Assembly (NCBI GenBank): GCA_964512625.1
Contig: CAZEKG010000001.1
Coordinates: 217,413-281,412, forward strand
From: an uncultured Gammaproteobacteria bacterium
GTDB taxonomy: Bacteria; Patescibacteriota; Patescibacteriia; 2-01-FULL-39-33
DNA length: 64,000 nucleotides
Direction: 5' to 3'
Made by a program: the position numbers and the translations under genes. Shown here piece by piece: positions 37,208 to 48,600 of this stretch. The notes beneath the pieces are model-generated. The model was not told the DNA's origin, made no database searches, and saw only the letters and a list, made by a program, of their open reading frames with translations. Position 1 is the first letter of the stretch. Every line of letters begins with the position of its first letter.

Positions 37208-38587
37208 TTACTCGCCCAATTTTTCCTTAAGCCAATTTTTCAAATCTTTGATATTTATTCTCTCTTGTTTCATGCTGTCGCGATCGCGGACCGTAACCGC
37301 TTCATCCTCTAATGATTCAAAATCAATCGTAATGCAATAAGGAGTTCCGATCTCATCCTGACGGCGATAGCGCTTACCTACATTGCCGTTATCATCAAAC
37401 TCGCATTTAAATTCATTCTTTAAGCTATCGAATATTTCCTGCGCTTTAGCAACCAGTTCCGGCTTATTCTTTAATAATGGGAAGATAGCGGCTTTAATCG
37501 GAGCTATTTTCGGAGGGAATTTAAGAACAACGCGACTATCATCCTCACCTAAATCCTCTTCAGTGTAAGCGGCGGAAAGAGCTAAAAGAATACATCTATC
37601 AACTCCAAAGGTCGGCTCAAGCACATGAGGCAAATATTTAGTTCCGGCTTGTTGGTCAAAATATTGCAAATCAGCGCCGGAAAACTTCTGATGCTGACTA
37701 AGATCGAAATCACCTCTATGGGCAAGGCCGAACAACTCGGAAAAACCGAACGGAAAATTATATTCGATATCAACTGTCTTTCGAGAATAATGGGACAACT
37801 TCTCTTTCGGATGCTCATAACGGCGAAGATCCTCTTCCTTCGCTCCAAGCTCTTTAGCGAATTCTTCCTGTAAAGCCAGCCAATCGGTAAAAAGAGTCTC
37901 CCACTTCGCCTCCGGAGAAATAAAATACTCGATTTCCATTTGCTCGAACTCTCTTACTCGGAAAATGAAATTGCGAGCTACGATTTCATTCCTGAAAGCC
38001 TTGCCGATTTGACCAATACCGAAAGGTACTTTAACTCGGCAGGAATTGATAATATTTTTAAAATCAACAAAAATAGCTCCGGCAGTTTCCGGCCTTAAAT
38101 AAACCGGGCCTTCAGCGCCATTCATCTCCGTCTTAAACATCATGTTAAAAAATCTCGCTTCCGTCCAATCTTTTTTTCCGCAATTCGGGCAATTTATTTT
38201 TTCACTTATCTTTTTCGTCAAGGCCTCAAGATTACCTTCCAAATCTTCGCCCGTCGCCTCGGCAACTAAGTGATCAGCGCGATAACGCTTTTTGCAATTC
38301 TTACAATCAATCATAGCGTCATTAAAGCCTCCTAAATGGCCAGACGCTTCCCATAATTTAGAATTTAAAAGAATTGGTCCATCCATTCCAACCATGTCTT
38401 CCCGAGAATCGATAAATTTTTTCCACCACAAGCGCTTAATATTATTTTTTAACTCCGCGCCATAAGGACCATAAGAATAAGCATTAGCAAAGCCGCCGTA
38501 AATCTCGCAAGCAGGAAAGACAAAACCTTTCCTTTTACATAAAGAAACGATCTTTTCCATTAAATCATCTTTTTTAGGTTTTTCCAT
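37208..38587 (-). CDS. glyQS: glycyl-tRNA synthetase (class II, alpha2 type)
   Basis: N-terminal CKRKGFVFPACEIYGGFANAYSYGPYGAELKNN. Confidence 0.9.
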   Translation of the reverse strand: MEKPKKDDLMEKIVSLCKRKGFVFPACEIYGGFANAYSYGPYGAELKNNIKRLWWKKFIDSREDMVGMDGPILLNSKLWEASGHLGGFNDAMIDCKNCKKRYRADHLVAEATGEDLEGNLEALTKKISEKINCPNCGKKDWTEARFFNMMFKTEMNGAEGPVYLRPETAGAIFVDFKNIINSCRVKVPFGIGQIGKAFRNEIVARNFIFRVREFEQMEIEYFISPEAKWETLFTDWLALQEEFAKELGAKEEDLRRYEHPKEKLSHYSRKTVDIEYNFPFGFSELFGLAHRGDFDLSQHQKFSGADLQYFDQQAGTKYLPHVLEPTFGVDRCILLALSAAYTEEDLGEDDSRVVLKFPPKIAPIKAAIFPLLKNKPELVAKAQEIFDSLKNEFKCEFDDNGNVGKRYRRQDEIGTPYCITIDFESLEDEAVTVRDRDSMKQERINIKDLKNWLKEKLGE

Positions 38588-38719
38588 AAAAATCGATAAT
38601 GAATATATATGCTTTATAATAGTTTAATCAGAGCTAAAAGTCAACCGAAAAACCGACCTTTAAATATGGACAGAAAGTCTTAAATTCATTATTATTAATA
38701 TGACTAAACTTAATAAAAT

Positions 38720-40201
38720 ATGAAAAATATCAAAGCTCTTCTTATTGGCTTAACAGCTATCGCGGTTTTTTTCCTCGTTTACCAAATCCACTGGTCGTAT
38801 CACCTCCCTTATCATGTCGACGAATGGCATCACATCACTGAAGGGATTAGAGTCGGAAACTATGGCGAATACCTAATGGACTATACTGCCAAAGGACTCT
38901 CGGACGGCTTTAGCGGCACAGAGTTCGGCTTCCATATTTTTCTTTTTATCATCAGCTGGTTTACTAACCTGATCAATATTTACCAATTCCTGCCGGCTAT
39001 TTGGGCGGCCATAGGATCGCTAATAATTTTTTTTGTAACCTATAAAAAGTCAGAAAGCTTTTTCGTCGGCTGGCTATCCATGCTCTTTTTCGCTTCCATT
39101 AAATCTAATGTCAACTTGATGGGCATTTGGTTCTTTACGCCATTATCCTTCGCCATACCATTTATTTATTTATTTTTTTATTTATTTACCGAAGGCCTGG
39201 AAAAAAGAAACCGGAAATACCTGCTCGGTAGTATCGCCGTCATGATTCTGCTTTGCCTCACTCATGCCATCTCCTTTCTTTTTGCCTTGCCAATACTATT
39301 AATCGTTTCGGCTGTAAATTACAAATACATTATAAAGAAGATAAAATTCTTCTCTTTATTCTTATTAGTCCCTTTAGCTGGTCTAATTTTCTATAAATTG
39401 ACTCTCGCCTTGACTTGGAGCGAGCTATTAAGCCACCTCTCCAGCCAAATAATATTCAAGTTAGGCTGGGGCGTCTTAGAAAGACAAAATCAACCGACGG
39501 AATTATACAGTTTAGCCGGCTACGCCCTCGCCTTTATCGGTTTAGCTATCGCCTTTGTTATTAAGGGCGAATCAAAAAAATATTTAGCCTACCTTATCTG
39601 GCCACTATGGCTCCTCGCCGAAATCGTTTTTTATCGACTTACCAGTTTCTCACCTCTAGCTCCATACCAAAGAAACTTTTATTACTTCGTCCTAGGCTTA
39701 CCCTTCTTAAGTGCTTTAGGAGCGAGCTATATCTGGCGAGGCGTTAAATTTTATATCGGAAAAACCCCTCTCTCGGAAATAGAAAAAAAATATGCCAAGA
39801 TTTTATTTATGATCATTTTTATTCCTGTAATTATCCTCTTCGCTTTTAAAGATTATTATAAGACAGAAAAGGCAGTCTCTCTTTATAAACTAGTAAGCGA
39901 CAAAGATATTAGCACTTTAAATTATTTAAAAGGCCTACCCAAAGGCAAGGTAATGGCAACTCCATTTATCTCAACTACTCTATACCCAATGAGCGGCCAT
40001 AAGCCAATAGGTACTTTAGTTTTTTACGGCGATCCGGAAATAGTAAATCAATTTTTTATGGTCGAAGATTGCGCCTTCCGGCAAAATATCATCAACCAAC
40101 ATAAAATAGACTATGTGATTTCCAAATGGAATATGGGTTGCGGCTGGAAAACTCTTTACAATAAAGACGATTACATTTACGATACCTCGATAAGTCAGTA
40201 A
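38720..40201 (+). CDS. polytopic integral membrane protein (possible GT-C glycosyltransferase / polymerase)
   Basis: More than 10 TM helices; I recognise no motif. Confidence 0.5.
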   Translation: MKNIKALLIGLTAIAVFFLVYQIHWSYHLPYHVDEWHHITEGIRVGNYGEYLMDYTAKGLSDGFSGTEFGFHIFLFIISWFTNLINIYQFLPAIWAAIGSLIIFFVTYKKSESFFVGWLSMLFFASIKSNVNLMGIWFFTPLSFAIPFIYLFFYLFTEGLEKRNRKYLLGSIAVMILLCLTHAISFLFALPILLIVSAVNYKYIIKKIKFFSLFLLVPLAGLIFYKLTLALTWSELLSHLSSQIIFKLGWGVLERQNQPTELYSLAGYALAFIGLAIAFVIKGESKKYLAYLIWPLWLLAEIVFYRLTSFSPLAPYQRNFYYFVLGLPFLSALGASYIWRGVKFYIGKTPLSEIEKKYAKILFMIIFIPVIILFAFKDYYKTEKAVSLYKLVSDKDISTLNYLKGLPKGKVMATPFISTTLYPMSGHKPIGTLVFYGDPEIVNQFFMVEDCAFRQNIINQHKIDYVISKWNMGCGWKTLYNKDDYIYDTSISQ

Positions 40202-40269
40202 TTGGAAAGTTTGGCGGCTTATCTTTAAATTAAGCCGTTATCCGTAAAGCTGAAACCAAAGAAAATCAT

Positions 40270-41985
40270 ATGACTGAATTATTTAATCGTTTAAAAATCT
40301 TCTTAGACTATTTAAAAAATGAGCCCTCCGCTTTATGGCTGCGGCTTTTTTTTATCTTAGCGATCTTACTAGCCGGACTAGTTCTAAGAGCATATTTATC
40401 TAATCAATGCGCTTTGCCCTATTCGCCTTATGAACTCTTCCAACTAAACGAGCACCCGCGCTTATTCAATCCCAGCCAAGAAATAGATTTTTCCCAAAAA
40501 GCGGCGAAATACCCCTTGAGTTTCTTACTACAACCACTAATAGACGCCCTACCTGTCGGGAAATACATTATCTATTTTTTAGGAGCGATAATCATTTATT
40601 TTTTAGGCAAAGAAATCTCTTCAAAAGGGTTTGGGGGCATATTAGCTTTAACTTTTTTCGCCTTCGCTCCAGACAATTTGCTTTTTTATACTAGTAATTT
40701 TTTCTATAGCGGCCTTTGCTATATCCTTAGCTGGCTTTCTCTTCTTTATTTATTAAAGTACCTGAAATCAAGGAAACCGCCTTATCTTTTTGCTTTCTTT
40801 ATTTTTTCTCTTGGTGTTTTATTATCTTATCATACCGGTTCTTACGCTTTTGCGATCATAATCAGCGCCATCTTTTTTTATGATCTTTTTTCTTCCGGAA
40901 AAGTCGATAAAAAAATGGCGGCCGCTTATGCCTTCATTATTTCTTTCCTTTTCGTTTGGTCGCTTATTTTTGATTTAAACGAATTACTACTAATAAGAAA
41001 CTCCCTAATCACCGCTTTTACGACTTGGCCAGCGGTTCTCCTTATAACAATCTTAATAGCTATAACCGCCATTATCTTCATTTTAAAAAATAAAGGTTTC
41101 CTATACCTAAATTATCCAACTACATACTTAATAATTCTCGTCACTAGCCTAATCATTTGCTATCCGACGTTAAGTCATTCAATTGTAACTTTTCTTTCCA
41201 GCTACGCTTATATAACGCCCACGACTTTCTCCGCATACTTTATTCAGCTTATCATTATAATAATTTCCATTTTAAGCCTCTTTTCCAAAGAAAATAAAAA
41301 CCTTAATGAGGCCGAGCAAATATTCTTAAAAGGCTGGCTGATCGGCTTAGTAATTGTTCTTTTGGGGCTATTTATGGAAGGTTATTTAGTAAGAATAATT
41401 GATTTCATCGCTCCCTTGGCTTTTATTGTCTTTGGTCTTTTTTGGTCAAACAAAAAAAGACTCCGAACAATCGCCGGCATCCTTTTAATTGTCATTATGA
41501 TTACAACTCAGTTAGCAATCATTTATGATAAGTATAATATTAGGCGATGCTATTCAAAAAACGAGATTTATTCAGCTCGAGAAGTGGCTAACCTGCCGCT
41601 AAGCGGTATCTTCGTTTCCGACTTAAGGACGGCGGGGCTCCTATACTATTGCGGGCAAAAAAATATTACCTATACCAGCTATTATCTTGAATTCCATAAA
41701 ATCATATTTAAAAAACCCGAAACCTTAAGGAATTACCAACAGAAATTTATTTTTTATAAATACGACAATATAGTCAACCACTACCTCATCCTTTCAAAAA
41801 AAATGGATACGCTTATTTACGGCGTTAACTTCCCGCAGCAACCGCTCAAAAAATCAATCAGGGATTATTATCACACTAACTACGAATTAGTTTACGATAA
41901 CGAGGAGTTAGAGGTTTTTAAGATCAATAACAAGCCTGAATACAAAACTGATTCATACACAACAGCAACTAACCAATCTTTTTAG
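40270..41985 (+). CDS. polytopic integral membrane protein (possible GT-C glycosyltransferase / polymerase)
   Basis: More than 12 TM helices. Confidence 0.5.
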   Translation: MTELFNRLKIFLDYLKNEPSALWLRLFFILAILLAGLVLRAYLSNQCALPYSPYELFQLNEHPRLFNPSQEIDFSQKAAKYPLSFLLQPLIDALPVGKYIIYFLGAIIIYFLGKEISSKGFGGILALTFFAFAPDNLLFYTSNFFYSGLCYILSWLSLLYLLKYLKSRKPPYLFAFFIFSLGVLLSYHTGSYAFAIIISAIFFYDLFSSGKVDKKMAAAYAFIISFLFVWSLIFDLNELLLIRNSLITAFTTWPAVLLITILIAITAIIFILKNKGFLYLNYPTTYLIILVTSLIICYPTLSHSIVTFLSSYAYITPTTFSAYFIQLIIIIISILSLFSKENKNLNEAEQIFLKGWLIGLVIVLLGLFMEGYLVRIIDFIAPLAFIVFGLFWSNKKRLRTIAGILLIVIMITTQLAIIYDKYNIRRCYSKNEIYSAREVANLPLSGIFVSDLRTAGLLYYCGQKNITYTSYYLEFHKIIFKKPETLRNYQQKFIFYKYDNIVNHYLILSKKMDTLIYGVNFPQQPLKKSIRDYYHTNYELVYDNEELEVFKINNKPEYKTDSYTTATNQSF

Positions 41986-44371
41986 CCGAGGATAAGAGAA
42001 AGTTATAACAATTCTCCATACTCGACAAGTCCGCAATTTCCTCGCCGGATCTTAAAGCTAATTCATTAAAAAGTTTTTCCTGTTCCAAGCAAACTATTCC
42101 ATAATCCATAATCAATCTAAAATAAGCAGTATAATAACAATACTGCCTTATTTTTTCTAAATTATTAAAATTAGCACCCAATATCTGCCAATACCTATCT
42201 TTAAAGTTTTTAACGTCTTGATCTTCTAAATAATGGCACTTGATAGCCTTACCACTTAAAAACTCCGCTCCGAAATAAAACTCCAGAGACTCAGCGCGAT
42301 TAATTCGACTAAAAAAATAGGGGCTGTTCAAGGTTTTTTCCGTCAAAATAAGAGGGATAACCCGGTCATTTTCTTCAAGAGTCGTAAGAGTTGGCCAAGG
42401 ACTATCCTTAAGGGAAAAATCAATCAAGATATTTTTTATAATCTCGTCTTTTAATGGGATGAATATATAAAGTATCCTCTCTTTCGGTGTTAAATAAGTT
42501 CGAGGCGATAAATAAATCGCTTCCGTTCCAAGATGAGAAAGTTTTTCCACTTCTTTCTCTAGAAAAATCAATTTCCCGCCCTCTTTTTTTCCGACCAATT
42601 CCAACTCCCTCTTTTCATTATCAATTTCAAAGTTAAGATTCTCAAATAACTTTAAAGAAGTATAAATAATAAAAACCGCATCATCAAGACTGAAAATCTT
42701 ATTTTTATTCAAAATATTTTTCTCTATCAAATCTTCATTAAATCCCGCTTTTTCATGAATAAAAACGACTAATTCCTTAAGACTAGGATCAACTCCCAAT
42801 TCCTTAATATAGAACATCCTAGAAAGATTAAAAAAATACTCTCTCACCTTACGAGCTGATTTCAATGAGCCGTTTTTTAGATAATCAATGATTTCTAGTA
42901 AGATAAATTCATAACAAGTCCTTGCTCTTTCGGTTAGAAAAGTTTCTTCTTTTTTTATTTTATTCACTCTTAAATCGGAACCCAAAATAAGCTTAAAATC
43001 GGCTAAGTGCTTACCGACTCGCGTAATCTCATTAGTAGTATGTAATTCAATCAGTCTAAAATCATCGACCCTTAAAATCGAATTAATATGGATAATAGGT
43101 AATATTTTTTTAAATACTCTAATTGTTTTGTTAAGTTTTTTAATCCTCTCTTTCTTTTCTTCAGAGGAAGAATTGCTTATGATAACTAATAAATCAACAT
43201 CGCTTTGGCCGGCAACTATTCTATTTAAATCGGTCTTACTGTAAACAGCAACAACAAAATCGTATCGGGAAATAACTAAAATAAAAATCTTTACTGAAAA
43301 GTCATAAATAAAAAGCCAAAAATCATTGACTAATTTCCATTTCGAGCTTTTTTCAGCGATTTTAGCGATTAACCTATAAATAGATTTTAATGGATCAAAC
43401 CCTCTAGATTGCGATTGCCTTAAAATGAATTCATTGATTGCTATGTAATTTTCTAACCTATCACTGCCAAGATAGGCTTCGAAACATTTTGATCTAATAA
43501 CTAAAGACAGTGAAGCAAAAAACCGACCAAACCCTATCTTTGACTTACTAAATCCGGTCTTAAAATCATTAAGAATAAAAAAAGCTAAGGATTGCTGAAG
43601 CTCAAGCCCAAGAACCATACTTTTAAAAAGGGCTGTCAAAAGGCTAAATCGACTAGCTGAATCAACTCGACAATTACCAGTCATAAAGCGCCGACCTTTA
43701 ATAAGGCAAAAGGGTTGAAAATATAAATCATCAAAATTGAGCTTTTCATGATTAATTATCTTTTTCTCCTGACCAATTTCCTCTCTTAAAGACCAGGCGA
43801 AGTTAAGAGGATAAAGCTTATTCTTTTTATAAAGAACCATATCCTCGCCCAATACCCTAATCAACTTATCCTGAAAAAAGTTCATAGCCAAGGTTGATTT
43901 CCCGGCTCCGGGAGGCATAAGAAAAAGATAAGCTAGCCCTTTATAATCAAGAGCTAGGCAATGAACTCGATAATAGCCGAGCATGTCTAACTTTTCTCCT
44001 AATAAAGTTTCAAAAGCTAATCTTAATATCTTATAAGCCTTTAAAGAATCCTCCGCATAAATAAATACCTCCGATTTCTTCTTACTAAAATCATAAACGA
44101 CTAAGGCCGATCCAAAATAATCAATGTAGCGCACTTTCTTATCTTGCGATTCATAAACTATATAATCCTGATGATACTTTACGGCTGGCAGTTCTAATAA
44201 CCGATTATAATTGGGCCTTTCTAAAGCGACTGAGAAAAATAAATCTTCCTCGCGCGATAACTCTTTTTTATAATAACCATACTCCGATTCAGCTAACGAC
44301 AATAATTCTTCCGGCAAACTCAAAGCTATTAAGACATTATAAATATCAAGTTTTAGATTATTTTGAGACAT
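41969..44371 (-). CDS. 800-aa protein with HprK-like P-loop kinase domain and nucleotidyltransferase-like (pol-beta superfamily) domain
   Basis: YRVHCLALDYKGLAYLFLMPPGAGKSTLAMNF...LGEDMV resembles the HprK C-terminal kinase fold. AGQSDVDLLVI is a GS...DxD NTase motif. Confidence 0.5.
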   Translation of the reverse strand: MSQNNLKLDIYNVLIALSLPEELLSLAESEYGYYKKELSREEDLFFSVALERPNYNRLLELPAVKYHQDYIVYESQDKKVRYIDYFGSALVVYDFSKKKSEVFIYAEDSLKAYKILRLAFETLLGEKLDMLGYYRVHCLALDYKGLAYLFLMPPGAGKSTLAMNFFQDKLIRVLGEDMVLYKKNKLYPLNFAWSLREEIGQEKKIINHEKLNFDDLYFQPFCLIKGRRFMTGNCRVDSASRFSLLTALFKSMVLGLELQQSLAFFILNDFKTGFSKSKIGFGRFFASLSLVIRSKCFEAYLGSDRLENYIAINEFILRQSQSRGFDPLKSIYRLIAKIAEKSSKWKLVNDFWLFIYDFSVKIFILVISRYDFVVAVYSKTDLNRIVAGQSDVDLLVIISNSSSEEKKERIKKLNKTIRVFKKILPIIHINSILRVDDFRLIELHTTNEITRVGKHLADFKLILGSDLRVNKIKKEETFLTERARTCYEFILLEIIDYLKNGSLKSARKVREYFFNLSRMFYIKELGVDPSLKELVVFIHEKAGFNEDLIEKNILNKNKIFSLDDAVFIIYTSLKLFENLNFEIDNEKRELELVGKKEGGKLIFLEKEVEKLSHLGTEAIYLSPRTYLTPKERILYIFIPLKDEIIKNILIDFSLKDSPWPTLTTLEENDRVIPLILTEKTLNSPYFFSRINRAESLEFYFGAEFLSGKAIKCHYLEDQDVKNFKDRYWQILGANFNNLEKIRQYCYYTAYFRLIMDYGIVCLEQEKLFNELALRSGEEIADLSSMENCYNFLLSSAKKIG

Positions 44372-45500
44372 AGACGTAATACTCTTCTAAATCTTTTGCG
44401 ATCTTATCCCAATCAAAAGCTTTAGCTTTAATTAAGGAGTGCTCAGCCATTTTCTGCCTTAAGTTATCATCATTCAAAACATTTAAAACCTTAGCCGCGA
44501 TATCTTCAGCGCTATCCTCGGCCAAGAAACCGTTTAAACCATTATCGATTAGCTCCTTTGAGGCTGACATAACACTATCGACAACAATCGCCGGCAACCC
44601 GCAAGCATTAGCTTCAATAACTACAATTCCAAAACCCTCAAGAAGCGAGGGTAAAACGAATACTCGGCTTCGCTTAAGAGTCTTAAAGACTTCTTTAGAA
44701 GAAGCGAGAAACCCTGTCATAAAAATAACCTCTTCCAAGCCTAATTCTTTGATTTTTTCAATAATCACTTCTTTTTCCGGACCATCCCCGATTAAGCAAG
44801 CCTTGAGTTCCGGCTTTTTTTTCTTCATCTCATAAATAGCTTCAATCAACCTTATAATATTCTTTTGATGAACGAAACGACCAGCAAAAGCTAAATCATA
44901 GATTTTTTCCGGCTCTGCAATCTTGGCTATTTTTTCGTTATCAACTCCATTATAAGAAATAAATATTTTTTCCGGACTTAAGCCTGATCTTATTAAATCT
45001 CTTTTAGTTGTTTGGGACATGGCAAGATGATTATCGGTAAAATTCTCAACTATCTTCTCAATCACCCTACCGATAAAACCCCGAACCGGCCCTAGATAAT
45101 CATACCAGTAATCGCCCCAAAATTGATGCCAGCTCATTATCAGCTTGGACTTCGTTTTCAAAGAAGCTAGCTTAACCGTAAAGCAATGAAAATAAACAAA
45201 GGAAGAACAATCAATAATATCAAATTTTTCTTTCGCTAAATGACGATAAAGAAAGAAAGCGAATTTCAATGGCTCCCAGACTGTCCTCGTTCCGGAAAAA
45301 TTATATAGCTTTTTATAACGGCAAACTCCATGAATAATAATCCCGTCGCAAGAAATCGTATCCGGGCCATCCCAAAGCTTAACCCCAAATAGATGAACTT
45401 CGTGATTCTTGGCCAACCGTTTAGCCATTTCATAATTCCTTAACTCTGCCCCGCCAATGTTGAAGGGGTAAATCATATCATAGATAAAAGCGATCTTCAT
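44358..45500 (-). CDS. glycosyltransferase family 4
   Basis: ...RVFVLPSLLEGFGIVVIEANACGLPAIVVD... Confidence 0.8.
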   Translation of the reverse strand: MKIAFIYDMIYPFNIGGAELRNYEMAKRLAKNHEVHLFGVKLWDGPDTISCDGIIIHGVCRYKKLYNFSGTRTVWEPLKFAFFLYRHLAKEKFDIIDCSSFVYFHCFTVKLASLKTKSKLIMSWHQFWGDYWYDYLGPVRGFIGRVIEKIVENFTDNHLAMSQTTKRDLIRSGLSPEKIFISYNGVDNEKIAKIAEPEKIYDLAFAGRFVHQKNIIRLIEAIYEMKKKKPELKACLIGDGPEKEVIIEKIKELGLEEVIFMTGFLASSKEVFKTLKRSRVFVLPSLLEGFGIVVIEANACGLPAIVVDSVMSASKELIDNGLNGFLAEDSAEDIAAKVLNVLNDDNLRQKMAEHSLIKAKAFDWDKIAKDLEEYYVYVSK

Positions 45501-45603
45501 TTATATTCCGATTTAAGATTTATACTAATTCAGCGGCCCTATGGGGCCGCTGAGAGCTTATCTAATCCCTTACTATCCTACAAAATTATCCCATTTATAG
45601 CAA

Positions 45604-48600
45604 TTAAGGCGTCAAGCCTTCTTCCGGAGGAGTCTCGACTATAACAGTCGAATTATCAGCCGGCGTTTCAACGCTGACAGTCGGCTCTTCGACAATAGGC
45701 TCAGAAGGCGTTTCTAAAGCCGGCGGCTCAACTTCAGGATCAGTACTACTTGAGACAGTCTCTTCAGGCATACTGGAAGAGGCTTCGGTACTTGAGCTAA
45801 CAGACACCTCGTTATTATTTCCGGACTCGGTCGAATTACCGGAAGAAACATCAATTGAATTATTATTATTTTCACCGCCGATAACTTCCCCAACATTCGA
45901 TTGATCACTTGAGGAAGCGTAATTAAACCCGTCAACCGCTAAAGCGTGCCAACCAAACTCGATGTCGCTAGAAAAAATCGGATCAATATTAAGCCTGAAG
46001 CCAGTCTTTGATTCTTCACTAATCCAATAAGTTGAAGGTTTGATATCGTTTCTCGGGGTAGCGGTAATGATTGGGATCCAAAGGTATTCTTTCGAGAAAT
46101 TAACTTCCGTCGAAGTGGCTCCGGCTAAAAGCTTGACAATTCCGGCCATATCGCGATTAAAGTAAACCTGATCCTTAAAGACGACTTTAGAGGTAAAGTT
46201 AGCCTCGCCAATAACGGTTATACTGCCGACAAAATCAGCTTCCTGGTTAACGGTTATACGGGCAAAAGAAGCGTCCGCAGTAACAGTTATAGGAGCATTA
46301 AATTCTTGAGATTCCTTAAAAGTAAAAGAATAAAGAACTTCCCGTTTTCCAGAACTAGAAGTCGACGAACTAGTTGAAGCGCTTCCGGAAGAACTATTAG
46401 CAGATACTTCATTTTCAAGAGAAGAGCTATTTCTAATTAACATCATGATCTTTCCAGTTGAGCCATTAAAGTCTTCAAGCGCTACACCAATAATACCGAC
46501 TGAGCGAGCAGTCGCTTTCATGGCATGACCAAGAGTGTCGGAAGTCGTCAATAAATCACCCGCTTTAATCGAGCCATTTTCTCCCGAAACCTTAACCGGA
46601 ATACGACCGGCCAAACCAATTCTTACAGCATCATCACCAGCGTTTTCGGCGCTCATAACTACGCCTGGATCAGTTGTTACCGCTCCTAAGACTCTTGAAT
46701 CATAACTCTTACTACTTAAGGTAACTTTTTCTTCGCCAGCCGCAATTAGAACATCACCTTCTTCCGGTTTTTGGCCGATATATTTTATCCACTCAGCGAT
46801 ATCAGAAGAATTACTAACGACGCCACCGGCAGTATATACCTTGCCCCTACTCCAAATACCGATACTGGCAGTAGAAGTTGTATCGACATATAAACCGTAA
46901 CCGGTTTGCTGAGAACCAATAGTCAAACCATGCGTAAGAGTTGAAGTAGCAATAGCAACTTTAGTAGTACTTACATACATAGCAACTACCCTATTAGATC
47001 CGCCTCCAGTAGCAGCATAATCTTCCTTAAAAATCCTTAATAAGCCGCCGTTAGCATCAATATTCCATAAATTGCTTTTATTCGAAGCGGGAAGAATCAC
47101 TCTAGTATCAATTCTAGCTTCACCAGCAACATGAAGACGATTACCAGGAGTAGTAGTTCCGATGCCGACGTTACCACCCCCCTGAATAGTCATCAAATTA
47201 TTCATCACTCCAGCATTAGTATAATCATATAATCTAAAACCTCCGATATTTCCTCCAGCTCGATTGGAAACTAAATCAATCTCTCCTTCGCCCCCTGAAT
47301 AATTCCAACCAGTAAGTAGTTTTCCTGAACTTTGCAAAGGAACTAAAGAATATCCTGCTGTCGGATCCATATTTTTACCTGCGACAATAAGACCTCCTGC
47401 GCCATTCACATCTAATTTTCCACTAGGTGCTGTTAGACCAATCCCCACATTACCAGTACTAGCAATAGTCATTTTATTGGAATCATTAGCAAAGAAATCC
47501 AAATAACCTGTTCGAACACCAAAACCATAAAAATCAGAAGTACCGTCATAAACGGCCAGCTTCTTAGCCGTAACATCAGTACCCAAAGACAATTTAACCA
47601 GAGGCGCATTAGTTCCAGTCCCGACTCCCAAATACCCAGCTGAACTAATAGTCATAACATTACCGGTTCCAAGAGAAGAAGTAGCGATAGTAAAATAATC
47701 ACTAGCAGACACATCATTGCCGATTGACCATTTAAGGACTCCTGATTTCCTAAACTCCATAACACTATCTCCGCCGGCGGCAGCACCAACAGCTAAATTG
47801 CCTGTCGTCGTTACATTGCCGCTAGTGTCGATAGTAAAGTTATTGGCACTGCCGACAGTAAATAGTTTTGATGGAGTTGTCGTTCCGATACCGACATTAG
47901 TTCCATTATCATATAAGACTCCCGTACTTAAGGTATTAGCATCGCTCCAACGTGCCACATAACCAGCAACACCAGTCATAGCAGTAAAGGCCCCTGTACC
48001 ATTACCTTTTACAACACCAGTTAAAGTACTTGCTCCAGTACCGCCATTAGCAACAGATAGGACAGTTCCTGACCAATTACTATTATTTATTGTATTTAAA
48101 ACCGCTAAAGATCCGAGGCCTAAATTAGTTCTTGCTCCAGCAGCTGTAGAAGATCCAGTACCCCCATAAGCAACGCCAATAACTCCACCTATCCATGTTC
48201 CTGAAATATTACCGGAAACAACCAAATTACCAGAAGTTGTTGCATTCGTTACCTGAAGACTGCCAAGAGTCATTGCACTAACCGTACCAGTTAAGTTAAT
48301 GGATGGTGCCGTTAAAGATATAGCTTGAGTCGCCGACAAATCAACATTGGAGTTGGTTCCATTAGCATTAATACCAATACTAGAACCATTGCCGTTAGTT
48401 TGAATAGTAAGCCCATGACTATTGCCAACTGTTTCCATGGTTAAATTCGTACCTCCAGTCATTGTTAAGGTAGAACTACTATTCATATTTATACCGCCAC
48501 TGCCAGTATTAAACAACTGCAAGGCGCCATTGATCGTATTAAGTTTTAAATTCTGACCGGTATCAGCATAAAAATTCAAATTAGTCGCATCACTAGTAAT

